A stretch of DNA of 64,000 nt from Octopus vulgaris (Eukaryota): the NCBI GenBank assembly GCA_951406725.2, contig OX597836.1, positions 1,054,001 to 1,118,000 of the forward strand. Direction: 5' to 3'. The position numbers and the translations under genes are program-made. Position 1 is the stretch's first letter, and every line of letters starts with the position of its first letter. Shown piece after piece: positions 1 through 13,997 of this stretch. The notes below the pieces were generated by a model that did no database searches, was not told the origin of the DNA, and worked only from the letters and a program-made list of their open reading frames with translations.

Positions 1-559
1 GTTAATAGAAAAAGCCGGAGGAAAGTGAATCTTGAAAACCGGCAGCAGACATCGTCGTCGACACAATGGAGTCGATGTAAACACATTTAAAAGCGAAGTC
101 AAGACAGGATATTATTTCCGATGACACCGAAATAACTCAGATATTTTCAGGAGATAAAAATAAAGAAAATAAATAAATATTTCTACAAATATATGAAAGT
201 AAAGAAAGAAATGGAACGACGACCAGAAACAAGTGAGCAAACACAAGAGGAATATGTTCTGGGGTTATATATCGGTTCGATGATGTTTGCACGGTATTTG
301 GGTGGATGCGAGGAAAGTCTTCAACGAATGGTGTTGTAATCTAATCGATAATGGAGGAATTGGTTTACAAAAATGTTATTTTATTTAGCGCATTCATGTT
401 ACATAATGCTACTTTTGGTAACGAAATGACATACCTGAGACGATTAATTATATGTCTACCTGTCTATCTAGATGCATACGGAAACATAACATATACACAC
501 ACTCATGCACAGACACACGGACACGCACGCACGCACACACACACACACACACTCACACA

Positions 560-593
<34 letters not shown>

Positions 594-679
594 TATGCAG
601 GCACAAATTCGTGTCTTCACAAACATACATATATGCTTATTTCTTTGTATACACACAAATATATGTGTATATACATACA

Positions 680-716
<37 letters not shown>

Positions 717-891
717 TATATACACATGCACATAAATACATGCATACATATAGATATGTATACATACATATATGCACACACGCACACATATATTTAGGTA
801 ACATATTTGTCAGTAAATAGTTTCCCCCAGGAAGTTGCCAGACTATTCAAGGGCCGCACACATGGAAACATGTACAAGAAGACACCCAAAT

Positions 892-945
<54 letters not shown>

Positions 946-1395
946 AGTCGAACACATTTACACCTATATTTGATTCAATATTATTGACTGGTCATAAATT
1001 GCTAGAAAACAGCGTGTATTCAATTGTGTGGAAACATTAGAATATATATCAGCCTGAATATGTAAATGCTAATACTTAAGTGCTATGTGTGTGTGTGTGT
1101 GTGCGTGTATACGTGTAAAACATACACATATATAAACATGCATGCATATATGAATATATTACATGTGTACGTAGATATCTAATTTGTACACGTAAATTTG
1201 TATATGCATTATATATATCTATATATAGATATATATATATATGCATATATTCATATGTAATTATGCATAAATACACACATACACACACAGACACATAGGT
1301 ACACATAATACCTTTTCGTTGCCTAGAGATTACGACGCATATGCTAACCCGCACACTTGTGAGAATATAAATGTGATATGCATACAGGCACACGC

Positions 1396-1426
<31 letters not shown>

Positions 1427-3249
1427 TGTATATGTACACACAGATGTACACACACTCATCCTCACCCTCACACACACACACATATATATATATGTAAATA
1501 TATCTGAATGTGGATGCGTTAGTATGTATGCGGACGCGTGTGCTTACAACTGCTTTTGACTTGGTATGTTTCTTGTACAGATGGATAGTGATTTCATCAC
1601 ATACGCTTCGTTTCATAGAACTCGTTGACTCTCTCTCTTTCTCTCTCTCTCTCACACACACACAAACACACACACACACATGCATACAGCAGTACGTGTG
1701 CGCATACACGTGCACACTCCCATATGGAAATATATTGCTATACATTCGCATATATAAATATTTTCTGAAAAAATATATGCAAAAGTACGCAATTATACAC
1801 GCAGTTATAAATACTCCGAGATATATGTTATATGTATGTATGTACACACATATCTTCTATATACACATTTATATACATATTTATATATATATATACATAC
1901 ATACACACATAAATATATATATATATATATGCATTAAGGTTATAATATATACATATATGTGTGTGTATATGCATGTGTGTGTATTTGTATATACACATTC
2001 ATCTACGTGTATTTATAAAAACACAAATGTATGTGTACACACAGAAAGCATCACGTCCTTACACTGATGCTGGGGGACATATCCTGATAGAAAAAAGTTA
2101 TCATGAATGCACACACTAATGAGGTTCGTTTTACAAGTACCCAATCATAGTCTTTCATACAAAGCAGTGGTATATCTACTGGCACACCATTAGGACTCAA
2201 CTGTCTCGACTTTTCTATGTGAAAACTACATCGTCAAGGATAAAGTAACATTGAAACTTTCAGAAACTCGACATCCTTTCCTTCTTTCCCATTTCCGTAT
2301 GTGCCTGTGTATTTATTATGTATGAAATATCTTCTCTCTACCTCCGAACCAATGCGCTTATGTATCTGTGTGATTCTCTCTCTCTCTGCTATTTAGTCAA
2401 CCAATCGCTATATATATATATATATATATAGATATATACACGCATATATATGTGCATATATCTATGCTTATATATATGCACATATATATGCGCATATATA
2501 TGCATATATATATGCATATATATATATATGCATATATATGCATATATATATATATATATATGCATACCTACGTGCATACATAGATACATGTCACCCATGC
2601 ATGAATTTATTTCTATGTATATATGTATCTATCTACCTGTCCATCTATCCATCTCTTCCCATATCTACCTGTCCATCGGTCTCTGCGATTATATTCTATC
2701 GCTTTAGCTTTCTACATCAACAAGAGTAACAGACAACCACCTCCAACACGAAAAGCAACAATACCATCACAACCACCACCACTACGACAACCAGCACCAC
2801 CACTATTCTTCTACTGCCACTACTTCTACTAGCAACGGCAAACTTATTATCTCTGCAGATACTGACTCCTAACAATTGTTTCTTTACACCAACCATTCTC
2901 CAGAAACATTCTCCATTCTCGAAGTGATTGATTCTTACGTCACTCTTTTGACTCTGGCGTCACATGTTTCGCTGAAGAGGTTAAAGAAGCCCGAAACAAA
3001 CCCGAAGTTTTGCATCTATTAGTCGCAGAAAGTATTTGTGTAATTTATATAATAAATATTTGTAGCTTCGTGTTAACACTTGAAGTGTTAACACTTGAAT
3101 CGTACCAGAACTAAACATTAATACAATTTCACGTATCCATCTTAAAACATACCAAGATTTATGCCTCGCTCCAATTATTCATAATTAGCGCTTTAATACC
3201 TCGAATATAAAAAAAAAACGTTTTACTCAATCATGACTGATTGAGCAAA

Positions 3250-3866
3250 AGGTTTTTCTCGGGCGAGTCATCCTTTACCATATTTCCGACCACCAGCCGA
3301 GTATATGTGTGGAGACAGCCAAAAGAAGAATTTGACCCAGACTGTCTTCTTCCAACTGTTAAACATGGAGGATCTGTGATGATCTGGGTGGGTGGGGTGG
3401 GGCTAGGTCTTGGAAATCCACCGGCCCAATGGTTTCCCTTCGTGGCAACTATTTAAGCATTTTATCTGATCAAATTCATCCTATGATTGTGAAATTGTTT
3501 CTGGAGGGAAATGCAATCTTTTAGGATGATAATGCACCAATTCACACAGCTAAAGTTATTACTGAATGGCACAGGGAACATTCTAGTGAAGTTGAACATC
3601 TTATCTGGCCACCACAGTCCCCAGATCTCATGGTGCATTTTAGGGAAACAGGTAAGGAGTCAATATCCTCCACCAGCATCACGATAGGAACTGCATACTG
3701 TTTTATCTGAAGAATGGACAAAAATTCCTTTGGAAAAAAATTCAAACCTTGTACGAGTCCATACCTCGTAGAATTCAAGCTGTAAGTGCTGCTAAAGGCG
3801 GTCCTACCCCATATTAAAATAAATTTGTTTGAAATTTTAAGGTGTGTCCATTATTTTGTCCAACCG

Positions 3867-3870
<4 letters not shown>
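3250..3870 (+). mobile_element. Tc1-family transposon remnant (3' half of transposase plus right end)
   Basis: Frames give FSGESSFTIF..RVYVWRQPKEEFDPDCLLPTVKHGGSVMIW, F*DDNAPIHTAK, WPPQSPDL, LYESIPRRIQAVSAAKGGPTPY*; ends in TIR-like ccattattttgtccaaccgctg; stops and frameshifts present. Confidence 0.9.
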
Positions 3871-3910
<40 letters not shown>

Positions 3911-4890
3911 GTGTGATGTCTCCATTTGTGTTAAGTGTAACTGCACATATAGGCATACATATATACTTCTATATTTTCAAAGAAGCGTATAACACACATG
4001 TATGTACACACGCAAACACACGCGCTTGCGCACATACACACGCACACACACACATGTACACACGCATGTACATGCAGATATATACAGAGAGAAGCAGATA
4101 TTTCACCGGTGAGTAAGTCACGTAATGTATGCATGAGAGAGTCGGAGACGAGAGCGAACTGCGGGACTGTGAAATGATGCATTGCAAGGAAAGACGGACC
4201 GAATGAAACAGCAGACAAAAAAAAAGAAAAAAAAAAGAAAAGAAAAAAGAAATTACTATCGCCGGCACCACCGCCGCGCCACCACCACCATCGCCACCAA
4301 CAAATACAACAACAACAACAAAATCAACAGCAACATCAAAGTAAACCACAAAACATATAAGAAACAAATGAAAACAAAAAAATATATCACAAAATATTTG
4401 AAAAGAATTAGTACCGAGAGAGGGAGAGAGAGAAAGAGTAAGAGGCAGAGAGAGGAAGTGAAAGAGAGAGAGAGATAGATAGATAGATAGATAGATAAAG
4501 AGAGAGAGAGGGAGAGAGAGAGAGCAAAAGGAAATCTAACAGACAGTCTGGATACATCATTTATGGATTCTGAGCGTTTTGTACTTTTTTTATCTCTGTT
4601 TTTTCCTACGGTTTACTGCCCAGTTTTTTTCTTGTTCATCTCCTTCATAAAATATTTATTTGCTTCGCTGGAGCTCAATATTATTATTATTATCATTATT
4701 ACTATTTTGATTACAATTATTATTTGTAGTAGTAGTACTACTACTTTAGTGGTGTGTGTATATATGTATACTATATATATATATACACACACACACATAC
4801 ATACACGCGCATGTACTCGTGTATATACGTGAGCGTGTGTAGATATAAATATGAACATGCGTGTATGTGTATGTACCTTACATCTGTGTG

Positions 4891-4938
<48 letters not shown>

Positions 4939-5579
4939 TCAATTCCCAGGAACGCATTCGTTAAAAAAAAACTTCACTTTCAGATTAAATTGAGTTTAAA
5001 CTCCTTACCTTATCCTGCTCCTCCTCCTCCTCCCCACCCCCCCACTTCGACTCTCCTACCTCTCCTCTCTGATGCAAGACAGCAACATAACAAAAGGCCA
5101 AAATTGAAAAAATAAAATTTAAATGAAAAATTAATTAATCGATTCCTATCACTAATCACATTCTTGCATAAATTAAAAGGAAATGAGAGATGTCTTGGGA
5201 AACGGAAAAAAGAGAAAAAAAAAAGAAACAAATACAAGAAAAAAACGTTTTTCAAAATGGCGAGAAAAGTGAGAAAACTTTTCTTAAAAATGAATCTATG
5301 TGTATATGTATGTATGTGTGTGTGTGTGTATATATATATATATGTATGTACACGCACGTACACATGTATATATACATATATTTGTGCGTACCTGTGTGTG
5401 TGTATGACTGTGGTTATATGTGTATGTATGTGTGTGTATAGTCTTAGGTATATATAAATATAAATATATAAATATATGTGTGATTCTAGTAATATATATT
5501 TTCTTTCTGTTTTGTTTATATTCATACACACATGTATGTATGTATGTATGTATGTATGTAAGTATACATATATATATAT

Positions 5580-5714
5580 ACATACATACGTGTACCTATA
5601 TCTATGTAAGTATATATATATATATATATATATACATACATACATACGTGTACATATATCTATGTAAGTATACATATATATATAACATACATACGTGTAC
5701 ATATATCTATGTAA

Positions 5715-5761
<47 letters not shown>

Positions 5762-5797
5762 CATACGTGTACATATATCTATGTAAGTATATATATG

Positions 5798-5847
<50 letters not shown>

Positions 5848-5882
5848 CATACATACGTGTACATATATCTAAGTAAGTATAC
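5580..5882. repeat. Compound minisatellite, 5 units of catacatacgtgtacatatatctatgtaagta with variable (TA)n spacers
   Basis: Unit recurs near 5581, 5639, 5686, 5758 and 5848. Confidence 0.85.
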
Positions 5883-6337
5883 ATACATATATATATATAT
5901 GCATGCATGTATGTTGGCAAAGATAGGAAGAAAAGAAAGAACGAGTTACGAGTACATTAATTCAGTTCAGAGCTAATATAAATAATAGAACACACGCCAA
6001 AAAACATGAAACAAACATTCGAAAAAACACATAAACACAAATAATAAACTAATAAAACGATCCAAAGCAACAAAAGAATCGACGAATAAGGAAAATGGTG
6101 GAAAAATTGAGAAACAAAACAAGAAAAGTTGTGAAGATGTTGATAAGTGTGTTTATAGGTTATAATGGTTGAGAGTGACTAATGTCTACGTAGAACTCTT
6201 TGAACCAAACGAACATTGTGTCAAGTAGAGAAAGTTGACTCCATTTTGTGAAGAAGAATCTAGAAATGAAAAAATTAACGAGGTGCCAGAGTGTGATGAA
6301 GAGAGGAAGGTGAAAGGAAGAAGCAAAGAGAGGGAGG

Positions 6338-6385
<48 letters not shown>

Positions 6386-6526
6386 GTGAGTGTATATGAG
6401 AAAGAATGCGTGTTTAAGAGAAAGAAGGTGAGAGAGAACGAAATAGAGAAGGAGTGACAAGACCTGAATTTAGAAAGTCATTTAATGGGAAAACGGTAGA
6501 TTACAGATACACATACAATCTACAAG

Positions 6527-6561
<35 letters not shown>

Positions 6562-6595
6562 GTATCTGTTTAGAGATAAATACACACACACGACA

Positions 6596-6636
<41 letters not shown>

Positions 6637-6950
6637 GTCGAAAACGTTGCTTTTTCAGAAACCGAAAAAATAGTTTCACCATTCCATAGCAAAAGCATTG
6701 TACTACACCTTGGCATCTGAAGGAGCTGCAGATAAGATAGTTTGATCAAAAGAACCGGCTATCATAGGCAAAAATTAATATTGAAAAAAATGCATTTGGC
6801 CAAATTTGGACATACGACAGTTTAACGTAATAGCAACGAATATACAGGTAGTCATCAGCGTGTTATCAGCCTGTACGGCTGATAACTCGCTTGCCACACG
6901 TGACAGTATTTTAATAATACCATCTCTTCACATATTTATCCATGTATACG

Positions 6951-6993
<43 letters not shown>

Positions 6994-7031
6994 GTATACA
7001 TGAATAAATATAAGAAGGGATGGTATTATTA

Positions 7032-7084
<53 letters not shown>

Positions 7085-7122
7085 AGTATTATAATTGATC
7101 AAAATGTAAACTCTATAGAGTC

Positions 7123-7232
7123 CATTTTACCCTGAAGATCTTGCACCCAGGAGACTCCGAATGCAAACTTTCATTCTTGTCTATGTTTTGTAATTTAAAT
7201 TGGGTTCGAAGTGAAACAATTGTAGGTAATGT
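7123..7232 (+). ncRNA. Type I hammerhead ribozyme-like motif (PLE minimal type, long stem II)
   Basis: ttacc-CTGAAGA(7132-7138)-74 nt arm-GAAA(7213-7216)-caattg-TA-ggtaa; stem I ttacc/ggtaa; palindromic stem III. Confidence 0.6.
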
Positions 7233-7299
7233 TAAATAATTAATAAATCAATTTATATCCATTGAACCTCTCCATTTTCAAACTAACTAATTATATGTA

Positions 7300-7366
<67 letters not shown>

Positions 7367-7439
7367 CGTGCGGAGTATTTGAAGACATTTGTGTAAAATG
7401 ATGAAATATCTTTAACCTAAAGAAAATCTTGTGCACATG

Positions 7440-8076
7440 TTCCCGATAAGCTTTCTTATAAAATGATTCTATGAATCTCCCTTCAACTGACTGCTTCAAT
7501 GTGAGACCAGAATCATTGACATGTCTGCACTAAAGGATCCCTTTTTCGTTTCAGACATCATCTGCATAATGGCAGCCTTCAGTGAAGCTATGGTATTATG
7601 AGAAGGTTGATTAGTCACTCTTTCAACAATACTGAAAACATACTGGTCCATTGGATTCAAAGCTGGTGAGTTTGGAGGCCACAAGTTCGATGTTATACGA
7701 TCATAAAGGTTGTGACATTCATCACTGGGTTACATGAGCTTTGTGAGATGGTGCTGAACCTTATTGAAACAGATAAAGCCTTCCATGGCATATTTCATCC
7801 ATCCATGGCTTAACAACTGTCTCCCGCACCTCAATGTATCCGGCAGCATTAATATTCTGTGGAAAGATGTAAAGTGACATGGCATGATCTTTGTTACTCA
7901 CCACTCCTAAAACCATTGCAGTTGCTGGAAATTCTGGGGACATCACAGAGGCCTGCACATAACCATCTCTTGGTGGACTTTTGGTCTTCTTTGAGAGAGG
8001 ATACAATGTTTACGAGGCTTTTAACCTTATCAAGTATCAATCGGTTTTCCTGTGTCTCGCAGACATACAACTCGTA

Positions 8077-8109
<33 letters not shown>

Positions 8110-8440
8110 CGATAGGCTTCTTTCAGTTTCCGTCTACCAAATCCACTCACAAGGCTATGGTGGGCCCGAGGCCAAAAAACAAGACACTTGTCCAAGGTGC
8201 TATGCAGAGGGACTGAACCCGGAACCATGTGATTGGGAAGCAAGCTTCTTACTACACGGCCACTCCTGCGCCTATGAAGGCTTATTATCTTTGATAGAGT
8301 TGAAAGATTCTTGCTAGATTCTTCCAGTTCTATTCCAGGTTCCTGTACACAGGTTCTGGCAATATTTAGAAAGTTAGCAATTTCTAAATCTCTTCCACAC
8401 ATACGGAAACAACGATTGCCGGTCTTTTCATTATTTTGGG
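7440..8440 (-). mobile_element. maT (DD37D-type) Tc1/mariner transposase remnant, interrupted by a SINE
   Basis: GRDLEIANFLNIAR (N-terminal HTH), PATAMVLGVVSN, VKPWMDEIC..YLFQ*GSAPSH, WPPNSPALNPMD (third catalytic residue D rather than E). Confidence 0.8.
8108..8273 (-). mobile_element. tRNA-derived SINE family A (5' half), nested in the maT remnant
   Basis: Reverse complement matches head ggcgcaggagtggc..ggttccgggttcagtccc..ggatttggtagacggaaactgaaagaagcc seen in about 15 other copies. Confidence 0.9.
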
Positions 8441-8849
8441 TTAGAATTATTTCTTGCTATAGAACGGGGGAAAGGAAGGGGTCTGAAAGAATCAAAACCC
8501 TTTTAATTGGTTTGAAGAGAATAATGTACTGATAATTAACTGTTCTATCTGTCTGTCTGACTATGCGCATGCGTAGCTCCTTTTGCAACTACGTGATCTT
8601 TGATGCCCACCTCCACGGTCTGCCGCGACTCTCGAGCAGGGAAGCAGAATTCCACATCATAAAGCTGTCTTCAGATTTAGTACAGCTTTGCACGTAGTAA
8701 AAGAAATGCTAGTATTGCATGCCCCCCACCCCGAGTAATATTTCCCAACTGCGGGCGCCAGTAGGTTGTGTGTATTAGCAGTCAGTTAAGTTGGTAAATG
8801 GCAACTTAGTTGAGGTAGGATCCGAATAAGAGGCTCGGGATATTCAACA

Positions 8850-9200
8850 TCAAACGCGTTTCTCTATTCAACAGAGAAGGAAAGACTTGTCAGATCTGTC
8901 CACAACTACTTCTACAGCTTGCGATATATCGTTGAGCAGGTCGGGAACAGAGCTGTCTTTTTGGATCAATCCAAAGCAATCGTCAGGTTCCACAATTGTC
9001 CCTTAATAGCAATCCTAAAAGCAGAGAATTTTAGAAGCTGGATCGCAACGCTCAACAAAAATGTCTCTTTGGTGGACAAACTAAACGGCCACTTCTTGGA
9101 ACTGTTTAATATAAAAAAGCTAAGCCGGTCAAAGATTTCTCCCACGCTCTTCGGCCCTCGGGCCATTACGATATAACGATTGAAGGATTCTGCATGGACG
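8850..9200 (+). mobile_element. L1/Tx1-like LINE reverse transcriptase remnant
   Basis: RSVHNY..LRYIVEQV..FLDQSKAIVRFH..NFRSWIA..LNGHF resembles the LDQSKAFDRVDH / F..WI / NG.LS block of L1-clade RTs. Confidence 0.65.
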
Positions 9201-9992
9201 TAGCCACATTTCTTCCGGCCATTTGCGTTCAGATGAAATGCTGCCAAAATCAATCTTGGGACGGTGATGTTCTGACACATATACACCACATCCAAAAGCC
9301 TGATTTCTTCTCCAGCGCCAGGACGTCCTTCACTTGCTTTTTCTCCAAATTCTAAGACCTGCGAACCCCAGCTTCTCCGCCTCCCCTCTCACCTCTTCCC
9401 ATTTAGCTCTGCTCTGACTTTTCTAATATTTATCACTTCACCTCTTCTTTCAATCATTCTCTCATCTCACATCTTCTCATTCCTTTCTCTATTCCCGATC
9501 TCCCAAAAGCCCCATTCTCTTAATGTTCACGATACGGTGTGTGGTGGTGGTGGTGGTGGGGTGGAAGGGCGAGTGCGTGTATATCTGTGTGTTTGTAATA
9601 GATATGCATGTTACATGTATATGCATGCGTATAAACACATATACACATACAGACATGCACACACACACATGCACATATAATATACTCACACACTACCTTT
9701 GCTCCACTGACACAGATCGATCAATCGATCGATTGAGGGAGGGAAGGAGGGAAGTTGCAATAGATCGATAAGTCAATCTCTGTTGCTATGGTTACTATGT
9801 AACATCACACCGTCTTGGTAATAGACTAGATTAGTCAGTATTAGTACGACTAGTGTATGTATGCATGCGTGCAGGTGTGTGTGTTCGAATGTGTGTACAC
9901 ACAGACACGCGCACACACACATAAGTTATTAAATACAGATCTCTCCCTATATATACATACATGTATATATATATGTGTGTGTGTACAGGTAA

Positions 9993-10034
<42 letters not shown>

Positions 10035-10765
10035 ATATATATGTTTGTATATGTATATAGACAAGCGTATACCTCATCGTATGTATTTATATTATGATGG
10101 AATAGGTGATGTATGGCAACATCACATCTTCTAACGTCTGTAGATGTGGTCGGATTGGAAGTTGGTTGCGAAGGAGATTAAAGAGAAAGGTGAGAAGAAA
10201 GGAGGAGGAGGAAGAAGAAAAGAATAAGCAAAAGAAAAGGAAGAAGCAGAAGAAAAGAAAGAAGAAAATGAAAAAGAGGAAGGAGGAGGAGGAGGAGGGA
10301 AGAAGAGGATTGGGGGAAGAAGAAGACCTGAATCGAGGAAGGTGAGAAGATGGAGACAGTAAGTGTAACTCTAGCTGAAGAACGATAATAAAGACTTCTG
10401 CCTGTTCTACTGCTGCTGCTGCTGCTGCTGCTACTTCTGATGTATATTTGAAATCTATAACGAGTCGTGTGAACAGAAACATAAGGACAAACCATAAATA
10501 ATATTTCAGACTTATTAAGCTTCATCTTTCGAGATGAAGCGTGTCTCTGTTTATTCCCATTCATATCTGCGTAACACATCGGTCGGTGGTCTTCTCAGCA
10601 GGCATCAGGTGTTTCATGTATCGATGAAAGTCCCTCAGAAGATTTGAAGCGGGAACATCAATGGCTTGTATGTATAGGTGTGTGTATGTGTGTGTGTGTG
10701 TATGTGCGTCTGTGTTGTGTATGACAGCGTACATATTTATGTGTGTGTGTGTGTGTGTGTGTGTG

Positions 10766-10807
<42 letters not shown>

Positions 10808-11946
10808 TATATAGACATAAGCAAAAAGACATTAGTACAGAGATTTAATAATGATTAAGAAATAAGACTGAGATTATCCCTGTGATATACTCAGCTGCAT
10901 GAAGTATTCGGTAGCATGGTGTCCGGTAGCGAGAGTTTCAGGGTTCGTGTCACCGTTATACCTCTGTCTCTACTTGGTCGTTGCACTGCCATACCTTGTA
11001 ACCCTGGGTTCCTCACTCAATATATCCATCCATCGATCCATCTAAACATATACTCTAGGTAAAATTATTGATCTTAAAATAGGAAGTCTACACACACACA
11101 CAGATCCACGCTCTCATACGATCATCCGCATATACATACATACATACATACATACATACATACATAATACATACATACACACAGTTATTTCACCTAGTCT
11201 TGGGTAAAAATAACTGTCACTGCTAACAGAGCTGCACATAAGAGTTGCGTGAATGCAGGGAGCGAAACTAGTCTTTGCAGCGTATCTCGCAGCCTCTATT
11301 GATTCGAGATGAGATCTTCCTTCTTACGAACAATGACACATCTTACAATTGACACCGTTCATGACGTATGTCTCTCGATCGATATTCCCATTAAATTGAA
11401 TCACATAGTTTGAAGAGCGCATGTCCTTCGGAATATGTTTAGATGAGGAAGCTGTCGACACAAATAGGACACCAGTCATCAACGGATGCCATGATACAGG
11501 TTATACGACGAACACGATCTCTGGGAAATAGGAACCCGAGAATCAGACTGCATGTGGTTGATCAATGAGCAAGAAAGAACTCCCATTTCACCCTCAGATT
11601 ACATCCTAAAGTCTCAAATAGTCTGACGTTCAATAAAGCGACATGAAGCAATGAGGGAGCCTATATGTGGTTGTACGCTCTACTAGACATAACAATTAAG
11701 TCCACCGCCATCGAGTTCTAAAATAGGATTTTAAAAGGAAGGGAGCATTAAAAAAATGTTATGATCATGGAAACTTTACAAAACGAACGGGATTGTCACG
11801 GATGGAAGGCTATTGATCATATGTCTGCTTTCACAAGAAGAGCTATAATCCTTGGTGAAACAGCAACTACAACAGCTATAACAAGAGACCCACAACCACA
11901 TCGGATAGTATTGGCAAGAGTAGAGTATGTTCTAGAAAAAGTCAGA

Positions 11947-12335
11947 TGCAGGCGTGGCTGTGTGGTAAGAAGTTTGCTTCCAAACCGCAAGGTACCGGGT
12001 TCAGTCCTACTGCGTGGCGTCTCCTTATATAGTCTCGAATCAACCAACGCCTTGTCAGTGGATTTGGTAGAAGGAAACTGAAAGAAGCTCGTTGCACATG
12101 TATATACATATATACCTGTGTGTGTTTTGTACCTTTCGTCCCCTCTCCCACCACCACCGCTTGACAACCGGTGCTGGCATGTTTACGTCCACGTAACTTA
12201 GTGGTTCGGTAAAAGATTTCGATAGAATAAGTACCAGACTTTAAAAATGTACGCTGGGGCCAATTCGTCTGACTAAAATTCTTTAAGGTGCTGCCCCAGC
12301 ATGGCCGCAGTTTGATGATTGAAACAAATGATAAA
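11947..12335 (+). mobile_element. SINE family A, near full length
   Basis: Head gcaggcgtggctgtgtggtaag, internal TA/TG tract, gtaacttagtggttcgg, tail cagcatggccgcagtttgatgattgaaacaa. Confidence 0.9.
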
Positions 12336-12582
12336 CCATAGCAGAGTTGTAAGTATATCTTTTGAGCAGGGATCTGGTTGGCCGGAGCCTACTCGCGGTT
12401 AAACGACAATCGGTCAGCATTGGTTGCGTGAAATTATTTCTAAGATTGGGTCAAGTTTAAGGAATGACCAGACGGGAAAAAGTGAGGTTGGTTCTGGAAA
12501 TTTACGAGAAGCATTCAATGGCGTGGACCCTCGGACGCAGGAAAGACATTGGCGACTATACAGGACACAGAATTGGGAAGAA

Positions 12583-12633
<51 letters not shown>

Positions 12634-13115
12634 TTTACCTACCTACCTACCTACGTATCTATCTGTTTCTCTCGCTCTCTTTCTCTCTCTCTATCTCCCT
12701 CTCTCCCTCTCTTTTTTCTCTATGTACCAATCGCCTTTCCCTCACTCACATGCACACCCACAGACATCCATTGACACGCATGCGCATACACACTCCGGCG
12801 CTTGTCACACACGCATGTTTCAAGCTGTAACCACCCGGCTTGAAATGGCCTCAAAACAGCGCTTGGAAATACAATGCAATCTTTGGCCGTGTAAATAGGA
12901 ACAGCGTAAGGCATGTTGTCTGTGTACTTTTATAACTGTCTGTCTGTCTGTCTGTCTATAGAGCTATTTGTCTATCAAAACATCACATTCCGACCACGAA
13001 AATTCTGTAAGTCTTACTCCTGGAAAGGAAGCCACACACATTAAGTAAAAACCCATGAAGAACTGGAGGACCAAAGTATGAAGAATGCACGCTCTCTAGC
13101 ACACACAAACACACA

Positions 13116-13178
<63 letters not shown>

Positions 13179-13219
13179 AAACACACATTAATTCGTTCAC
13201 ATGCGAAAATCTGAAGCTA

Positions 13220-13950
13220 AATGTTTTGGTCAAATGCTTCGTTGAATCTTAATACAAGTCTAATTGTCTCTAAATTGTTCTAAACCTTAAGACAAGTATT
13301 TTCCAAAACACAATATGTTTGAATTTTTAATCGAAATGATATTAAACCCCGTTTCTGTACTAAAATTGCCACAGAAATCAAGTATTAAGTGTCAAAATTT
13401 CCAGCAGCTCTTCGCATAAAATTCTTCCCGTTCGCTCAATTGTTTTCAGGATTTAAATTAACAATTCAACAATTTATGTATTTCTGAGAAAGATAATTTA
13501 TTGTGAAGATGTATTGACGGCTAATGATTAAGTTTTTTGAAGATTATACTTGACTGGCTGGAAATCGTTTCAACACGCTTTCAAATATTCTGATTGATCT
13601 CCGAACACAAACTTGTTGAAGCACATCTAGTTTTAAAGGAACAACACTAAAAAAAAATATTTGTATCGAAGAGAAAATAAATATTTCGCTGCCTACAGCG
13701 GTTTTATGTTCACTTTGCTGCTTCTTTTCATCGAACTATTTTCAAACAGCTCAAAGTCTGACCGTTTCATTCACTCTGATGCACGTTCGAAACAAGCCGA
13801 AATAGATGTTCACGTGCATTGTACGTTCACAGGTTTATAATAAATCAGTTATTATTTTGTGAATAATTTAAAGAAACAAAGCGGTTGGCCATCATCGGAC
13901 AACTTTGAATGAAATTGTGACGCAACCGAACCAAATAACAAGTAGATTGT
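13220..13950 (-). mobile_element. Possible ancient hAT transposase remnant
   Basis: Scattered weak motifs only: DGQP (cf. DGAPAM) and ETGFNIISIK (cf. CETGFS..IK of the hAT dimerisation domain). Confidence 0.25.
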
Positions 13951-13997
13951 ATTGTTGATGTTTGTCGATTAAGCGGTCTCTGTTTTAATAACATAAG

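Noticed and set aside
5580-5882. CRISPR-like repeat-spacer appearance
   Set aside because: Spacers are (TA)n, context is eukaryotic, and there are no cas genes
9782-9795. RFX X-box-like gttgctatggttac
   Set aside because: Imperfect single motif with no supported gene start nearby
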